DNA from: Spirochaetia bacterium | GTDB taxonomy: Bacteria; Spirochaetota; Spirochaetia; SZUA-6; Bin103 | NCBI GenBank assembly: GCA_965198005.1 | Contig: CBDAOI010000004.1 | Coordinates: forward strand, 1,600,001 to 1,664,000 | DNA: 64,000 bases | Direction of reading: 5' to 3' | Shown: positions 38,566-48,253 of the stretch, piece after piece | Position numbering within the stretch: the first letter of the stretch is position 1 | How the letters are laid out: each line of letters opens with the position of its first letter | The notes under the pieces: model-generated | What the model was told of the DNA's origin: nothing | Database searches by the model: none | What the model saw: the letters and a program-made list of their open reading frames with translations, nothing else | Position numbers and translations under genes: made by a program

Positions 38566-40533
38566 CTACCGGAACAGCTCGGCGATGCGGCTCGCGTACT
38601 GATCGGAGATCACGTGGCGCCGCATCTTCAGCGTATGGGTGAGCTCGCGCCCCACCTCGAACGGCTGCTGGATCAGCGCGATGCGGGCGATGCGCTCGAA
38701 GCTCTTGAACCCGTTCTTGGCGTTGACCCGGCTCTGCACTTCGCCCTGGATCAGGTTGCGGACCGCGTCGGTGGCGAGCAGCGCCGCCGGGTCGTCGCGC
38801 GGCAGTCCCTGCTCGGCGGCGAAGGCGGCCAGGTGGTCGGCGTTGGGCACGATCAGGGCGCCCAGGAAGCGCTGGTCCTGTCCCACCACCATGACGTGCT
38901 CGACGTAGTCCGACTGCCGCACCAGTTCCTCGATCGGCTCCGGCTCGACGTTCTCGCCGCCGAGCAGCACGACCGTGTCCTTGGCCCGCCCGGTGATCCG
39001 GATCTGACCGTCGACGGTGAGGGTGCCGATGTCACCGGTGTCCAGCCAGCCCTCGCCAGAGATCACCGTGGCCGTGTCGTCGACCCGCTTGTAGTAGCCG
39101 CGCATGATCTGCGGCCCGCGCACGTGGATCACGCCCCGCTCGCCGGGCGCCGCCTGCTCGCCGTTTTCCTTGACGATCTTGACCTCGGTGCCGGCCAGCG
39201 GCGGTCCTACCGTGCCGGTCACCGGCCGGCGCAGCGTCCGTACCGAGACCACCGGCGCGGCCTCGGTCAGCCCGTAGCCTTCCAGCACCACGATGCCGGC
39301 CGCGGCAAAGAACTCGTCCACGTAGCCGGGCAGGGCGCCCGCGCCGGACACGCCCGCCTTGAACCGCTTGCCGAGCCGGGCCGTGATCTTCTTGAACACC
39401 AGCACCGTGCCCAGGAGCTGGAACGGGGTGAGCAGCAGCAGCGGCAGGATCGCGGCCAGCATGTCGAGCACGCGCGGCCGGCGCGTAAACCGCGGCAACT
39501 GCCCGAGCAGCAGCATCTTCATCTTGCCGTGCAGAGCGCCGACGGCGATGAAAAACTTGAACAGCGCCGCCTTGACGCCGCCCTCGGCTTCGACGTTGCG
39601 ATACACGCCGGCGCGCACCGCCTCCCAGATGCGCGGCACGGTCGGGAAGTAGGTGGGGTTGGCCTCGACCAGATCGGCCAGCATCACGTCGCGGAGCGGT
39701 TTGGAGTAGGCGATGGTGGCGCCCGCGCACAGCCCTACGTACTCGATGATCCGTTCGTAGGAGTGCCACACCGGCAGCACCGAGAGCAGCGTGTCGTCGG
39801 TGCCGATGGGCAGCGAGTGGGGCATGGCATCGATCTGATACATGAAGTTGGCGTGGGTCAACATCACCCCCTTCGGTTCGCCGGTGGTGCCGGAGGTGTA
39901 GATGACGGTGGCTACGTCGTCGCCGGAGCCCGCGGCCACCGCCGCGCGAAACCGTGCCTCCGGTTGCTCCGACGCTTCCCCGGCTTGGCGCAGGTCGTCG
40001 ATGGTCACCACCCGCAGCCCGCGGCTGGCGGCCGCGGCGGCCGCGTCGCCGTCGAGGTCGGTCGGATCGAGCACGAACGCGGTGTGGAGCTGCGGCAGCC
40101 GATCCTTGATGCCCGCCAGCTTCGCCAACTGGGCCGCATCCTCGACGCAGGTCAGCTTGCAGTCGGCGTGTCCGAGGATGTAGGCCAGCTCGTCGCCGGT
40201 GGAATCGCTGCCGCGCGGCACGTCGACCGCGCCCAGTCCGAGCAGCGCCAGGTCGAGCAGCAGCCACTCCTTGCGCGTGTCGCAGATCAGGCCCACGTGA
40301 TCGCCGCGCGCCACCTCGTGGCGGGCCAGCCCCGCCGCCAGCGTGGCCACCTCCGCCAGGAGCTGCCGCTCGGTGGTCGGCTGAAACGGGCCGCCGGCGC
40401 CTCGACTGAGCACCGCGTTCTGGTCCGGGTACCGCTCCACCACGCGCAGGAAGCGCTGGGGGACGGTTTCGCCTGCCGCGCCGCCGGGGGTGCCGGGGCC
40501 GGGCGATTCTAAGTTCCGCGTAGACATAGCCAT
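38566..40533 (-). CDS. Long-chain acyl-CoA synthetase
   Basis: YTSGTTGEPKG, EGYGLTE, W.DTGD, GRAKD. Confidence 0.92.
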   Translation of the reverse strand: MAMSTRNLESPGPGTPGGAAGETVPQRFLRVVERYPDQNAVLSRGAGGPFQPTTERQLLAEVATLAAGLARHEVARGDHVGLICDTRKEWLLLDLALLGLGAVDVPRGSDSTGDELAYILGHADCKLTCVEDAAQLAKLAGIKDRLPQLHTAFVLDPTDLDGDAAAAAASRGLRVVTIDDLRQAGEASEQPEARFRAAVAAGSGDDVATVIYTSGTTGEPKGVMLTHANFMYQIDAMPHSLPIGTDDTLLSVLPVWHSYERIIEYVGLCAGATIAYSKPLRDVMLADLVEANPTYFPTVPRIWEAVRAGVYRNVEAEGGVKAALFKFFIAVGALHGKMKMLLLGQLPRFTRRPRVLDMLAAILPLLLLTPFQLLGTVLVFKKITARLGKRFKAGVSGAGALPGYVDEFFAAAGIVVLEGYGLTEAAPVVSVRTLRRPVTGTVGPPLAGTEVKIVKENGEQAAPGERGVIHVRGPQIMRGYYKRVDDTATVISGEGWLDTGDIGTLTVDGQIRITGRAKDTVVLLGGENVEPEPIEELVRQSDYVEHVMVVGQDQRFLGALIVPNADHLAAFAAEQGLPRDDPAALLATDAVRNLIQGEVQSRVNAKNGFKSFERIARIALIQQPFEVGRELTHTLKMRRHVISDQYASRIAELFR

Positions 40534-40925
40534 TCAGCCTCCGCTGCCAGCTCGTCGCCAACGTAGACCTTGCCACTCTGGCGGAGCGAGTTGGGAGTCA
40601 TTCGTTTGGTTCGTACCACGATCCGCGCCTCGTCGCCGGGACGCACCTGACGCCGGAAGCGGGCCTTCTCGACGCTGGCCAGGAAGCTGACGCCGGTCTC
40701 GCCCGCGGCCGCCGCGGCGGTTGCCCCCGCCCCGCCGCACTGCGCCATGCACTCGACCAACAGCACGCCCGGCACCACCGGATAGCCGGGGAAGTGTCCG
40801 GCGAAGAACGGCTCATCGGGTTTGAACCGCCTGTAGCCAATGATTTCGCCGTCACCGGCCTGCTCGATCCGGTCGACCAGCAGGAACGGGTCGCGGTGGG
40901 GCAGCAGCTCGGTGATCGGCCGCAC
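40509..40925 (-). CDS. fabZ: 3-hydroxyacyl-ACP dehydratase
   Basis: LPHRDPFLLVD, FF.GHFP..PVVPGVL..E.MAQ. Confidence 0.92.
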   Translation of the reverse strand: MRPITELLPHRDPFLLVDRIEQAGDGEIIGYRRFKPDEPFFAGHFPGYPVVPGVLLVECMAQCGGAGATAAAAAGETGVSFLASVEKARFRRQVRPGDEARIVVRTKRMTPNSLRQSGKVYVGDELAAEAEWLCLRGT

Positions 40926-40926
40926 G

Positions 40927-42159
40927 CTAGATGATCCCCAGCTTGCGCGCCTGCGTGGCACAGGTCTCCAGCGCGCAGTCCAGCTCGTCGTCGCTGTGGA
41001 TCGCCATGTAGGAGGTGCGGATCAGCGCCCCGTCCGGCGGTGCGGCGGGACTCACCACCGGATTGGTGTACAGCCCGTGATCCATCAGCGCCCGGTAGAA
41101 TTGAAAGGTGAGGACGTCGTCGCCGATGATCAGCGGCACGATCGGCGTCTCGGTATCGCCGACGTTGAATCCCAGGCGTTTGAACTCGCGGATCATGCGC
41201 TGGCCGATCGCCTGCAGGCGCTGCGTATGGTGCGGCTCCTCCTTCATGATGCGCAGGGCCGTAGCAACCGCGGCGATGGTGGCGGGCGGCATGCTGGCGC
41301 TGAAGATGAACGAGCGCGCGTTGTGCTTGACATGGTCGATCACGTCGGCTTCGCCGGCGATGAAGCCACCCACGGCGCCGAATGACTTGGAGAAGGTGCA
41401 CATCAGGATATCGGCCGCGTCGTAGCAGTCGAAGTGCTCCTGGGAGCCGCGTCCGGTAGCGCCGATCACGCCCAGGGAGTGCGCTTCATCCAGGTACAGG
41501 CGGGCGCCGTAACGGCGCCCGAGGTCTCCCAGCTCCGGCAGCGGCGCGATGTCGCCGTCCATGGAGAATACGCCGTCGGTTACGATCAACTTGCCGCCGC
41601 CGTCGTTCACGCTGCGCAGCAGGCGCTCCAGGTCCTCGAGATCGTTGTGATGATAGCGGTGGATGCGGGCGCCGCCGGTGATGCCCGCGGCCAGGAACAT
41701 GCCGTCCATCAGCGAGCCGTGGTTGAGCCGGTCGGAGAACACGTGGTCGCGGCGCCCGACCAGGGCCTGAATCGCTCCCAGATTGGTCTGGTACCCGGTG
41801 GTGAACGACAGCGTGGCGGGCTTGCTCACGAACTCCGCCAGCTCCGTTTCCAGCTCCTCGTGCAGATGCAGGGTTCCGTTCAGGAAGCGCGAGCCGGAAC
41901 AGCTCGTGCCATACCGGCGGGTGGCTGCGATCGCCGCCTCGATGACCCGCGGGTCCCACGACAGGCCGAGGTAGTTGTTCGAGCCGATCATGATCAGCTC
42001 GCGGCCGTCGATGATGACACGTGAACCGAGGTTCTCCTGAATCGCGGTGTAGTAGGGATAGAAGCCGATCGCCTCCACCCGGGCCGCCTTCTGCGCGATG
42101 TAGGTGCGTACTTTCTGAAACAGATCCGTGGGCTGGTCGCTTGCGGGTGCTCGCTGCAT
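40927..42159 (-). CDS. PLP alpha-oxoamine synthase, serine palmitoyltransferase-like
   Basis: SNNYLGL, GSRFLNGT, DGVFSMDGD, DEAH, TFSKS. Confidence 0.8.
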   Translation of the reverse strand: MQRAPASDQPTDLFQKVRTYIAQKAARVEAIGFYPYYTAIQENLGSRVIIDGRELIMIGSNNYLGLSWDPRVIEAAIAATRRYGTSCSGSRFLNGTLHLHEELETELAEFVSKPATLSFTTGYQTNLGAIQALVGRRDHVFSDRLNHGSLMDGMFLAAGITGGARIHRYHHNDLEDLERLLRSVNDGGGKLIVTDGVFSMDGDIAPLPELGDLGRRYGARLYLDEAHSLGVIGATGRGSQEHFDCYDAADILMCTFSKSFGAVGGFIAGEADVIDHVKHNARSFIFSASMPPATIAAVATALRIMKEEPHHTQRLQAIGQRMIREFKRLGFNVGDTETPIVPLIIGDDVLTFQFYRALMDHGLYTNPVVSPAAPPDGALIRTSYMAIHSDDELDCALETCATQARKLGII

Positions 42160-42271
42160 CGTTATGTATAAGCCTGCTGGCATTGTGATACACCGTATCC
42201 AGCCGAATGTAAAGGACGCTCCCGCGGCGTCTGCCGCGTCTGCCGCACCCGCTGCATCGCCGGCCCGCCCG

Positions 42272-42928
42272 CTACCGCTCGCGGCCGGCCAGGGCGGCGA
42301 ACAGGCGGGTGTACGCCGGGTCGTCCCAGCTCCGGATGCCGATGGCCCGCGCCAGAATCGATCCGTCCTTGTCGATGACGTAGCTCATCGGCAGGGTGCG
42401 GGCGCCGTAGGTCGCCGCCGTGGAGCCGTCGCTGTCGAGCAGCACCGGGAACGTGAGCCCCAACTCCTGCACGAACTGTTCCACCACCGCCGCCTGCTCC
42501 TGCAGGTTCACGGCCACCACCGCGAAGCCGGGGGTGCCCGCGAGGGAGTCGTGCAGCCGCTGCATGGCCGGCATCTCGGTGCGGCAGGGCGCGCACCAGG
42601 TGGCCCAGAAGTTCAGGAACACGACGCTGTCGCGATACGTATCGAGCGAATAGGGGTCTCCGGCCACGTCCTGCAGAGAGAAGTCCACCGCGGCCACCGT
42701 GCGCTGCGGCATCTGGAAGCCGAGGTTCTGCATCTGCGCCAGCAGCGGGTCGCTGCCGGTGGCGGCGGTCACCGAGGCTGCCGGCGCCGCCTCGGGGTCG
42801 GGTGCGAGCGCCGGCGCCGGATGCCGTTCGCGCCACCCGAAGCCGGCGCCGCCGACCGCGGCCAGCGTGCCCAGTGCAAGTACCAGCACCCCGGGCCTGA
42901 AGGCGCGCACCGTACGCTGCATCGTCAT
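42272..42928 (-). CDS. TlpA/ResA thioredoxin-like protein
   Basis: LNFWATWCAPCR.EMP. Confidence 0.9.
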   Translation of the reverse strand: MTMQRTVRAFRPGVLVLALGTLAAVGGAGFGWRERHPAPALAPDPEAAPAASVTAATGSDPLLAQMQNLGFQMPQRTVAAVDFSLQDVAGDPYSLDTYRDSVVFLNFWATWCAPCRTEMPAMQRLHDSLAGTPGFAVVAVNLQEQAAVVEQFVQELGLTFPVLLDSDGSTAATYGARTLPMSYVIDKDGSILARAIGIRSWDDPAYTRLFAALAGRER

Positions 42929-43626
42929 TGCCAGGAGCGCATGGTAGCGAACCCCTGGTGCGTGAACAAGCTGAGCGCCAGCACCGTGCCATTGAAGATC
43001 GCGTGCGCCCACGCCAGCCGATGTACCGAGCGGCGCCGGCGGTACAGTACGGCCAAGCCGCTGCCGAGCACCAGCGCCACCGCCGCCGCCAGCCAGCCCT
43101 GATACAGGTGCCCGGCGCTGAACAGCAGCGACGCCGCCAGCACCGCGACCCAGGGCGGTGTGGCGATCTCGTCCAGCAGGGTGAGCAGGTAGGCGCGGAA
43201 GTACAGTTCCTCGCGGTAGGCGCCGAGCAGCACGAACGCGATCGCCAGCGGCGCCTGGGACAGACCCTCCAGGCGCCAGCGTTCGCCGCGCAGCAGGGCG
43301 TTCGCTACCGGTTCCGGCAGCGCCGCCACCAGCAGCGACGCCAGCACCAGCACGCCCAGCGCGGCCGCCGCGATCAGCGGCGCGTCCGCGGCGTCGCGCC
43401 ACCGCGCCGTCAGGCCGAACCGCGGCCAGGCCGGGTCGGCGCGCAGCACTGCCGCCAGCACCGCGAGCTGCAGCAGCGAGCCGGCGGTGGTGGTGGCCAG
43501 GGTACGGGCGGGGCCGAGCAGTCCGGGCGCCAGAAACAGCAGCACGAACAAGCCTGCCATCTGGGCCAGCGCCGGCACCCGCCGGCGTCGCGCCAGCGTG
43601 CGGTCTGCCTGCTCCATGGGGGCCAT
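42925..43626 (-). CDS. CPBP (CAAX-type) intramembrane protease
   Basis: EELYFR, F..GH.YQG, H..FN. Confidence 0.85.
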   Translation of the reverse strand: MAPMEQADRTLARRRRVPALAQMAGLFVLLFLAPGLLGPARTLATTTAGSLLQLAVLAAVLRADPAWPRFGLTARWRDAADAPLIAAAALGVLVLASLLVAALPEPVANALLRGERWRLEGLSQAPLAIAFVLLGAYREELYFRAYLLTLLDEIATPPWVAVLAASLLFSAGHLYQGWLAAAVALVLGSGLAVLYRRRRSVHRLAWAHAIFNGTVLALSLFTHQGFATMRSWQ

Positions 43627-43724
43627 CTTAGCCGCCAAGGCCTCCTCCGACCGCCCGCGGCCGCGAGCGCGTGTCCGGGCGCCGGTGAAGCGGCAGGGTC
43701 GCGCGGGTCGTTGAACCAATTGAA

Positions 43725-45245
43725 GTGGTGGCCAACCGGCAGGGGCCGGGCAACCGGCAGGGACTGCTCGTCCGACAGGGGCTGGGCGTCCGGCAGCGGC
43801 GCAGGCGCGCCCGCCGCGGCCGCGCGCGCCGAGGCGGACCGCGGCCGATCGAACCGGCGGTGGCCGCGGCCGTGGCCGTGGTAGCGGTCCTGCTGGCGCT
43901 GCCGCACGTGGGGCGGTCCGCGGTGGACGGCGGCGGCGTGCTGCTGCTGGTCACCCCGGCGCTGGTGCCGGCGGCGCTGGCCGCGGTGGCGCCGGCGCGC
44001 TGGCGGTGGCGGAGTCTGGTGCTGGCGGCGGCGGCCGGGTGCACGCTGGCGGTCGGCCTCGACCTGGGCGCGCGCTGGCGTCTGGCCGGTTACGGCGCGG
44101 CGCTGCCGCCGGCGGCGATCGACGAGCTGCACGGCACGCTGCTGCAGGACGACCGCCCGACCGCCGGCGGCACCCGCTACCGGATTGCGGTCGACACGGT
44201 CGGTTCCACCCGCATGGCGGTGCGGGCGACGGCCCGGTTCACCGCCACGGTGACCGCCCCGGGCAGCTCCGCACGCGCCTACCGCGGCCAGCGCCTGCGT
44301 GTGCACGGGGTTGCAGTGCGGGCCGCGAGCGGCGGCCGCCTGCTGGTCGACGGGCGCCGCGCCCGGGTCGTGCCGGCGGCTGCGGCATCCGGGCGGCCTG
44401 CCGCGGTACGCGCCGGCGTACGGGCGCGTGTGGAGCACCTCATCCAGCGCCAACGCGGGCCCGCCGCGGCGCTGCTGGCCGCCCTCCTGCTCGGCGACCG
44501 CCATCACCTGACCGCGGAACAAGTGGCGGCGTTCCGGCGCGCCGGGGCGATGCATCTGCTGGCGCTGTCCGGCCTGCACGTGGGGCTGGCCTATGCGGTT
44601 GCGGCCACCTTGGCACGGGGCGTGACCTGGCTGGGGGCGATGCTCGTGCCGCGCGGCCAGCGCTGCTGGGTCGCATTGGCGGCCGGCCTGGGGGTCGCCG
44701 CGGTGTTTCTCTACGTGGAGCTCGCCGGGTCACGCGCGTCTCTGGCGCGGGCCGCGACCATGCTGGCGCTGGCGCGCGCGGGGGCGCAGCTCGGGCGGCC
44801 GGCGCGGTCGCTCAACCTGCTGGCGTGGTCCGCGCTGGTGGTGCTGGCGGCTGACCCGGCGGTGGTGCACGAGCTGTCGTTTCAGCTCTCCTACACGGCG
44901 CTGCTCGGCATCCTCCTGCTCGGGCCTGCTCTGGCTGACCGCCTGCCCGCGCTGCTGCCGATTTCCCTGCGGTCCGGGATCGGCATGGCGGTGGGGGCGC
45001 AGGCGGCGACGCTGCCGCTGGTGCTGGCGACCTTCGGCAGCGCCTATCCGGTCGGCGCCGTGTCCGGGCTGGTCCTCGTCCCCTATACGGCGCTGTTTCT
45101 GTGGACCGGGATGGTGGGCTTGGCGCTCGCGGTCCTCAGCGCCGGAGGTACGGAGCCCGCTACCGCCGGCGTGCTGAACCTGATGTATAGTGGCTTCGAG
45201 ATGTTGAACGGACTGTTCGCATGGGCGCCCGGGATCCGGATGTGA
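43725..45245 (+). CDS. comEC: ComEC/Rec2 competence membrane protein (start uncertain)
   Basis: ALLLGDR, G..HLLALSGLHVG, RA..M, SFQLSY. Confidence 0.85.
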   Translation: MVANRQGPGNRQGLLVRQGLGVRQRRRRARRGRARRGGPRPIEPAVAAAVAVVAVLLALPHVGRSAVDGGGVLLLVTPALVPAALAAVAPARWRWRSLVLAAAAGCTLAVGLDLGARWRLAGYGAALPPAAIDELHGTLLQDDRPTAGGTRYRIAVDTVGSTRMAVRATARFTATVTAPGSSARAYRGQRLRVHGVAVRAASGGRLLVDGRRARVVPAAAASGRPAAVRAGVRARVEHLIQRQRGPAAALLAALLLGDRHHLTAEQVAAFRRAGAMHLLALSGLHVGLAYAVAATLARGVTWLGAMLVPRGQRCWVALAAGLGVAAVFLYVELAGSRASLARAATMLALARAGAQLGRPARSLNLLAWSALVVLAADPAVVHELSFQLSYTALLGILLLGPALADRLPALLPISLRSGIGMAVGAQAATLPLVLATFGSAYPVGAVSGLVLVPYTALFLWTGMVGLALAVLSAGGTEPATAGVLNLMYSGFEMLNGLFAWAPGIRM

Positions 45246-46126
45246 ATCACAACTCGCCGGCCGCGATCCGGGCTCTGCTCGGCAGCCACAACCTGCGCCC
45301 CCAGAAACGCTGGGGGCAGAACTTCATGGTCAATCCCCGCGCGCGGGCAAAGCTGGTGACCACGCTGGACGCTCGGCCGGAGGATACCGTATGGGAGATC
45401 GGCCCGGGGCTGGGCGCCCTCACCGCCGCGCTCCTGAAGCGCTGTGCGCGCCTGGTGGTGTTCGAAATCGACCACGGACTGATCCGCCTGCTGGAGCGCG
45501 AATACGCGGCGGACTCGCGGCTCACCATCGTCCCGGGCGACTACCTGCGCACCTGGCGCACCGCCGCCGCCCGCGTTGCCCCCGACCGCATCATCGGCAA
45601 TCTCCCGTTCAGCAGCTCGTCGGCGATCATCGCCGCCCTGATCGAGCACGACGCCGTGCCGGCCGCCTGCGTGTTCACGGTGCAGAAGGAGTTGGCGCAG
45701 CGCGCGGCGGCCGCGCCCGGCACCCGCAACTACTCGTCGTTCTCCGTCCTGTGCCAGTGTCTGAGCGAGGTCACGGATCACGGGGAGTTGGCCCCCCGCA
45801 CCTTCTATCCGGTGCCGGAGGTGACCGCCTCGGTGATCGAGTTGCGGCGCGCCGAGCGCGCGGCCCAGGTGCGCAGCCGCCCGATTCTGTTCCAATTGAT
45901 CCGGACCTGCTTCCACGCCCGCCGCAAGACGCTACGCAACAACCTGCTGGCCCAGGGGCAGTTCGGTCTGCCGAAGTCGAAGCTGCTGGAGGCGGTGGAG
46001 GAGGTCGGCGTCGATGCGGGCCTGCGCGCCGAAGAGCTGGCCCCGCGCACCATCATCGCGCTGGCCAACACGCTGGTCACGCACGGAGCGGTGACCGGCG
46101 CGCCGGCCGCCGGCGCCCAGGAGTAG
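45242..46126 (+). CDS. rsmA: 16S rRNA dimethyladenosine transferase
   Basis: KRWGQNF, EIGPGLGALT, GNLP, VQKE.A.R, RRKTLRN. Confidence 0.93.
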   Translation: MNHNSPAAIRALLGSHNLRPQKRWGQNFMVNPRARAKLVTTLDARPEDTVWEIGPGLGALTAALLKRCARLVVFEIDHGLIRLLEREYAADSRLTIVPGDYLRTWRTAAARVAPDRIIGNLPFSSSSAIIAALIEHDAVPAACVFTVQKELAQRAAAAPGTRNYSSFSVLCQCLSEVTDHGELAPRTFYPVPEVTASVIELRRAERAAQVRSRPILFQLIRTCFHARRKTLRNNLLAQGQFGLPKSKLLEAVEEVGVDAGLRAEELAPRTIIALANTLVTHGAVTGAPAAGAQE

Positions 46127-46163
46127 CGCCCCAAAACCGTTGCCCCGGGGCGCGCGGTGCGGG

Positions 46164-47066
46164 TCAGGCCGCGCCGGCTGCCGCCTCCAGGTCGTGGTAG
46201 TCCGCCAGCACCCGCTGCAGCTCGGCCTTGGCGCTCGCGCCGAGCGGCGTCATCGGCAGCCGGTAGCGTTCCTCGACCAGGCCCGCCAGGTGCATCGCCG
46301 CCTTGACCGGAATCGGGTTGGTGTCCAGTCCCATGAGCGCGCTGATCACCGGCAGCAGCTTGTAGTGCTCGGCCCGCGCTGCGGCGGTGTCGCCGGCCAG
46401 CATGCGGTTGACCAGCGCCACCATCGCCTCCGGGAGCAGGTTGCTGGTGACCGAGATCACCCCGTTGCCGCCGAGCGCCATCAGCGGCAGCGTTACCTCG
46501 TCGTCTCCCGAGAGCACCGTGAAGTCCGGCGGCCGGCGGCGGATCAGATCCATCATTTGCGAAATGTCTCCGCTCGCCTCCTTCACGCCGACGATGTTGG
46601 GATGCTCCGCCAGCGCCAGCATGGTCCGGTTGTCGATGTTCTTGCCGACGCGGCCGGGGATGTTGTAGACGATCAGCGGCAGGTCGACTTGGTCCGCGAT
46701 CAGCCGGAAGTGGCGCAGAAAACCCTCCTGAGACGGCTTGTTGTAGTAACCCGCGACGTGCAGACTCGCCTGCGCCCCGACCTCGCGTGCGAACCGGGTG
46801 TGCTCCAGCGCCTCGACCGTGTTGTTCGACCCGCACCCGGCGATCACCGGCACGCGTCCGGCGGCCTGCTCGAGCACCACGCGGATCACCTCGTGGTGCT
46901 CGTCATCGGTCAGGGTCGGACTCTCCCCGGTGGTGCCGACCGGTACCAAGCCGGTAATCCCGGCCGCGATCTGCCGGTCGACCAGCCCGCGCAGGGTGTC
47001 GCGGTCCAATTCTCCGGACGCGGTGAACGGCGTAACCAGCGCCGTGTAGGTGCCTTCAAACCTCAT
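46164..47066 (-). CDS. dapA: 4-hydroxy-tetrahydrodipicolinate synthase
   Basis: ALVTPF, GTTGESPTL, YYNKP, YNIPGR, VKEASG. Confidence 0.95.
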   Translation of the reverse strand: MRFEGTYTALVTPFTASGELDRDTLRGLVDRQIAAGITGLVPVGTTGESPTLTDDEHHEVIRVVLEQAAGRVPVIAGCGSNNTVEALEHTRFAREVGAQASLHVAGYYNKPSQEGFLRHFRLIADQVDLPLIVYNIPGRVGKNIDNRTMLALAEHPNIVGVKEASGDISQMMDLIRRRPPDFTVLSGDDEVTLPLMALGGNGVISVTSNLLPEAMVALVNRMLAGDTAAARAEHYKLLPVISALMGLDTNPIPVKAAMHLAGLVEERYRLPMTPLGASAKAELQRVLADYHDLEAAAGAA

Positions 47067-47832
47067 GCGTGCTCTCCTTGGCTAACATCTCGTCGATGAA
47101 GTCGTCGATTCCAAAAAAACCGCTCTTGCGCGGTTCGGCGGCGAGCCAGGTCGCCACTTGTAACGCTCCGGCCGCCAGCGCGGCTCGTCCGCGCGCGCGG
47201 TGGGTCAACTCGATCGTGTCGTCGAGCGAGTCGAACAGCAGCACGTGCGTGCCCGGCTCCTCGCCGCCGCGCACCGACGCCACGTGCAACTCGTCGGCCT
47301 CGATCGGGCGGTCCAGCCGTTCGGTTGCCACCCGCCGCTTGCGCGTGCTGCTGGCCAGCACGGCGGCGGCCAGCGTGAGCGCCGTGCCCGACGGAGAATC
47401 CGCCTTGCGCCGGTGATGGCGTTCGAACACCGCCGCGTCATAGTCAGGGAACGGCTCCATCAGGGCCGTGGCCTGGCCCGCCAAGCGCAGGAACAACTGC
47501 ACGCCCAGCGAGAAGTTGGTCGCATGCAGGTAGCCGCTGCAGCCGCCCTCGATGATGGCGCGCACTTCCTCCAGCCGCGCGCCCCAGCCGGTGGTGCCGA
47601 CCGCGGCGTTGAGCCCCGCCGCCGCGTAGCCGCGCGCGTTGTCCACCACCGCCTCGGCGATGCTGAACTCGATCGCTACGTCGGCGCCCGCCGCGATCTC
47701 CGGGGTGAGCCGGGCGGCATCGGCATCGGCGGCGACCGGGTCGACGCGGGCTACGATCTCGTGCCCGGCGGCGGCCGCTACGCGCGCGGCCTCGCGGCCC
47801 ATGCGGCCGTAGCCCACGATCGCGATCCTCAT
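47056..47832 (-). CDS. dapB: 4-hydroxy-tetrahydrodipicolinate reductase
   Basis: GYGRMG, GTTGW, NFSLG, E.HH..K.DSPSGTA. Confidence 0.95.
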   Translation of the reverse strand: MRIAIVGYGRMGREAARVAAAAGHEIVARVDPVAADADAARLTPEIAAGADVAIEFSIAEAVVDNARGYAAAGLNAAVGTTGWGARLEEVRAIIEGGCSGYLHATNFSLGVQLFLRLAGQATALMEPFPDYDAAVFERHHRRKADSPSGTALTLAAAVLASSTRKRRVATERLDRPIEADELHVASVRGGEEPGTHVLLFDSLDDTIELTHRARGRAALAAGALQVATWLAAEPRKSGFFGIDDFIDEMLAKESTHEV

Positions 47833-47899
47833 CTCAAGCCACCCATGACGGTCATCATAGCGCGTCTGGCCGCGGCGGCCAAGCGCACCGGGTGCTAGT

Positions 47900-48215
47900 A
47901 TATCATATCATTGACAATCGTATGTCCCGCTTGTATGGTCGATGGTGTGGAGTGGTGGGGTCCGGTCACCGCAATATCGGGTGCAGCAGTAGCGGTAGTG
48001 GCGATCGCGGCCGCGATCACCACTACCATTCAAGAGCATCCGGGATGAAGTCAAGAGCATCCGTGGGAGAGCTCAAGGTTCAGATCGGAACGGACATCCG
48101 CCGCGGGAGCTGAAGCGACCTGCTTACCGAATATCTGTTACAACGGGCGCGTGTCGTTGCTGCTTCAACGCCACTCTCGCTGCCTGCCTGCGGCGCCGCT
48201 CGACCCGGGGCAACC
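47900..48215 (+). pseudogene. Collapsed copy of the 55435-56535 block (promoter, coiled-coil gene ends and 120-bp flank)
   Basis: 47905-48050 matches 55441-55585; 48063-48088 matches 55780-55805; 48090-48215 matches 56410-56535. Confidence 0.85.
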
Positions 48216-48253
48216 CAGCGCGTGGCGTATCCGGTGTGGCACGGCTCATTGGC

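Noticed and set aside
37735-40512. 925-aa plus-strand ORF and similar long shadow ORFs
   Set aside because: Antisense or alternative frames of recognisable genes, expected at high GC
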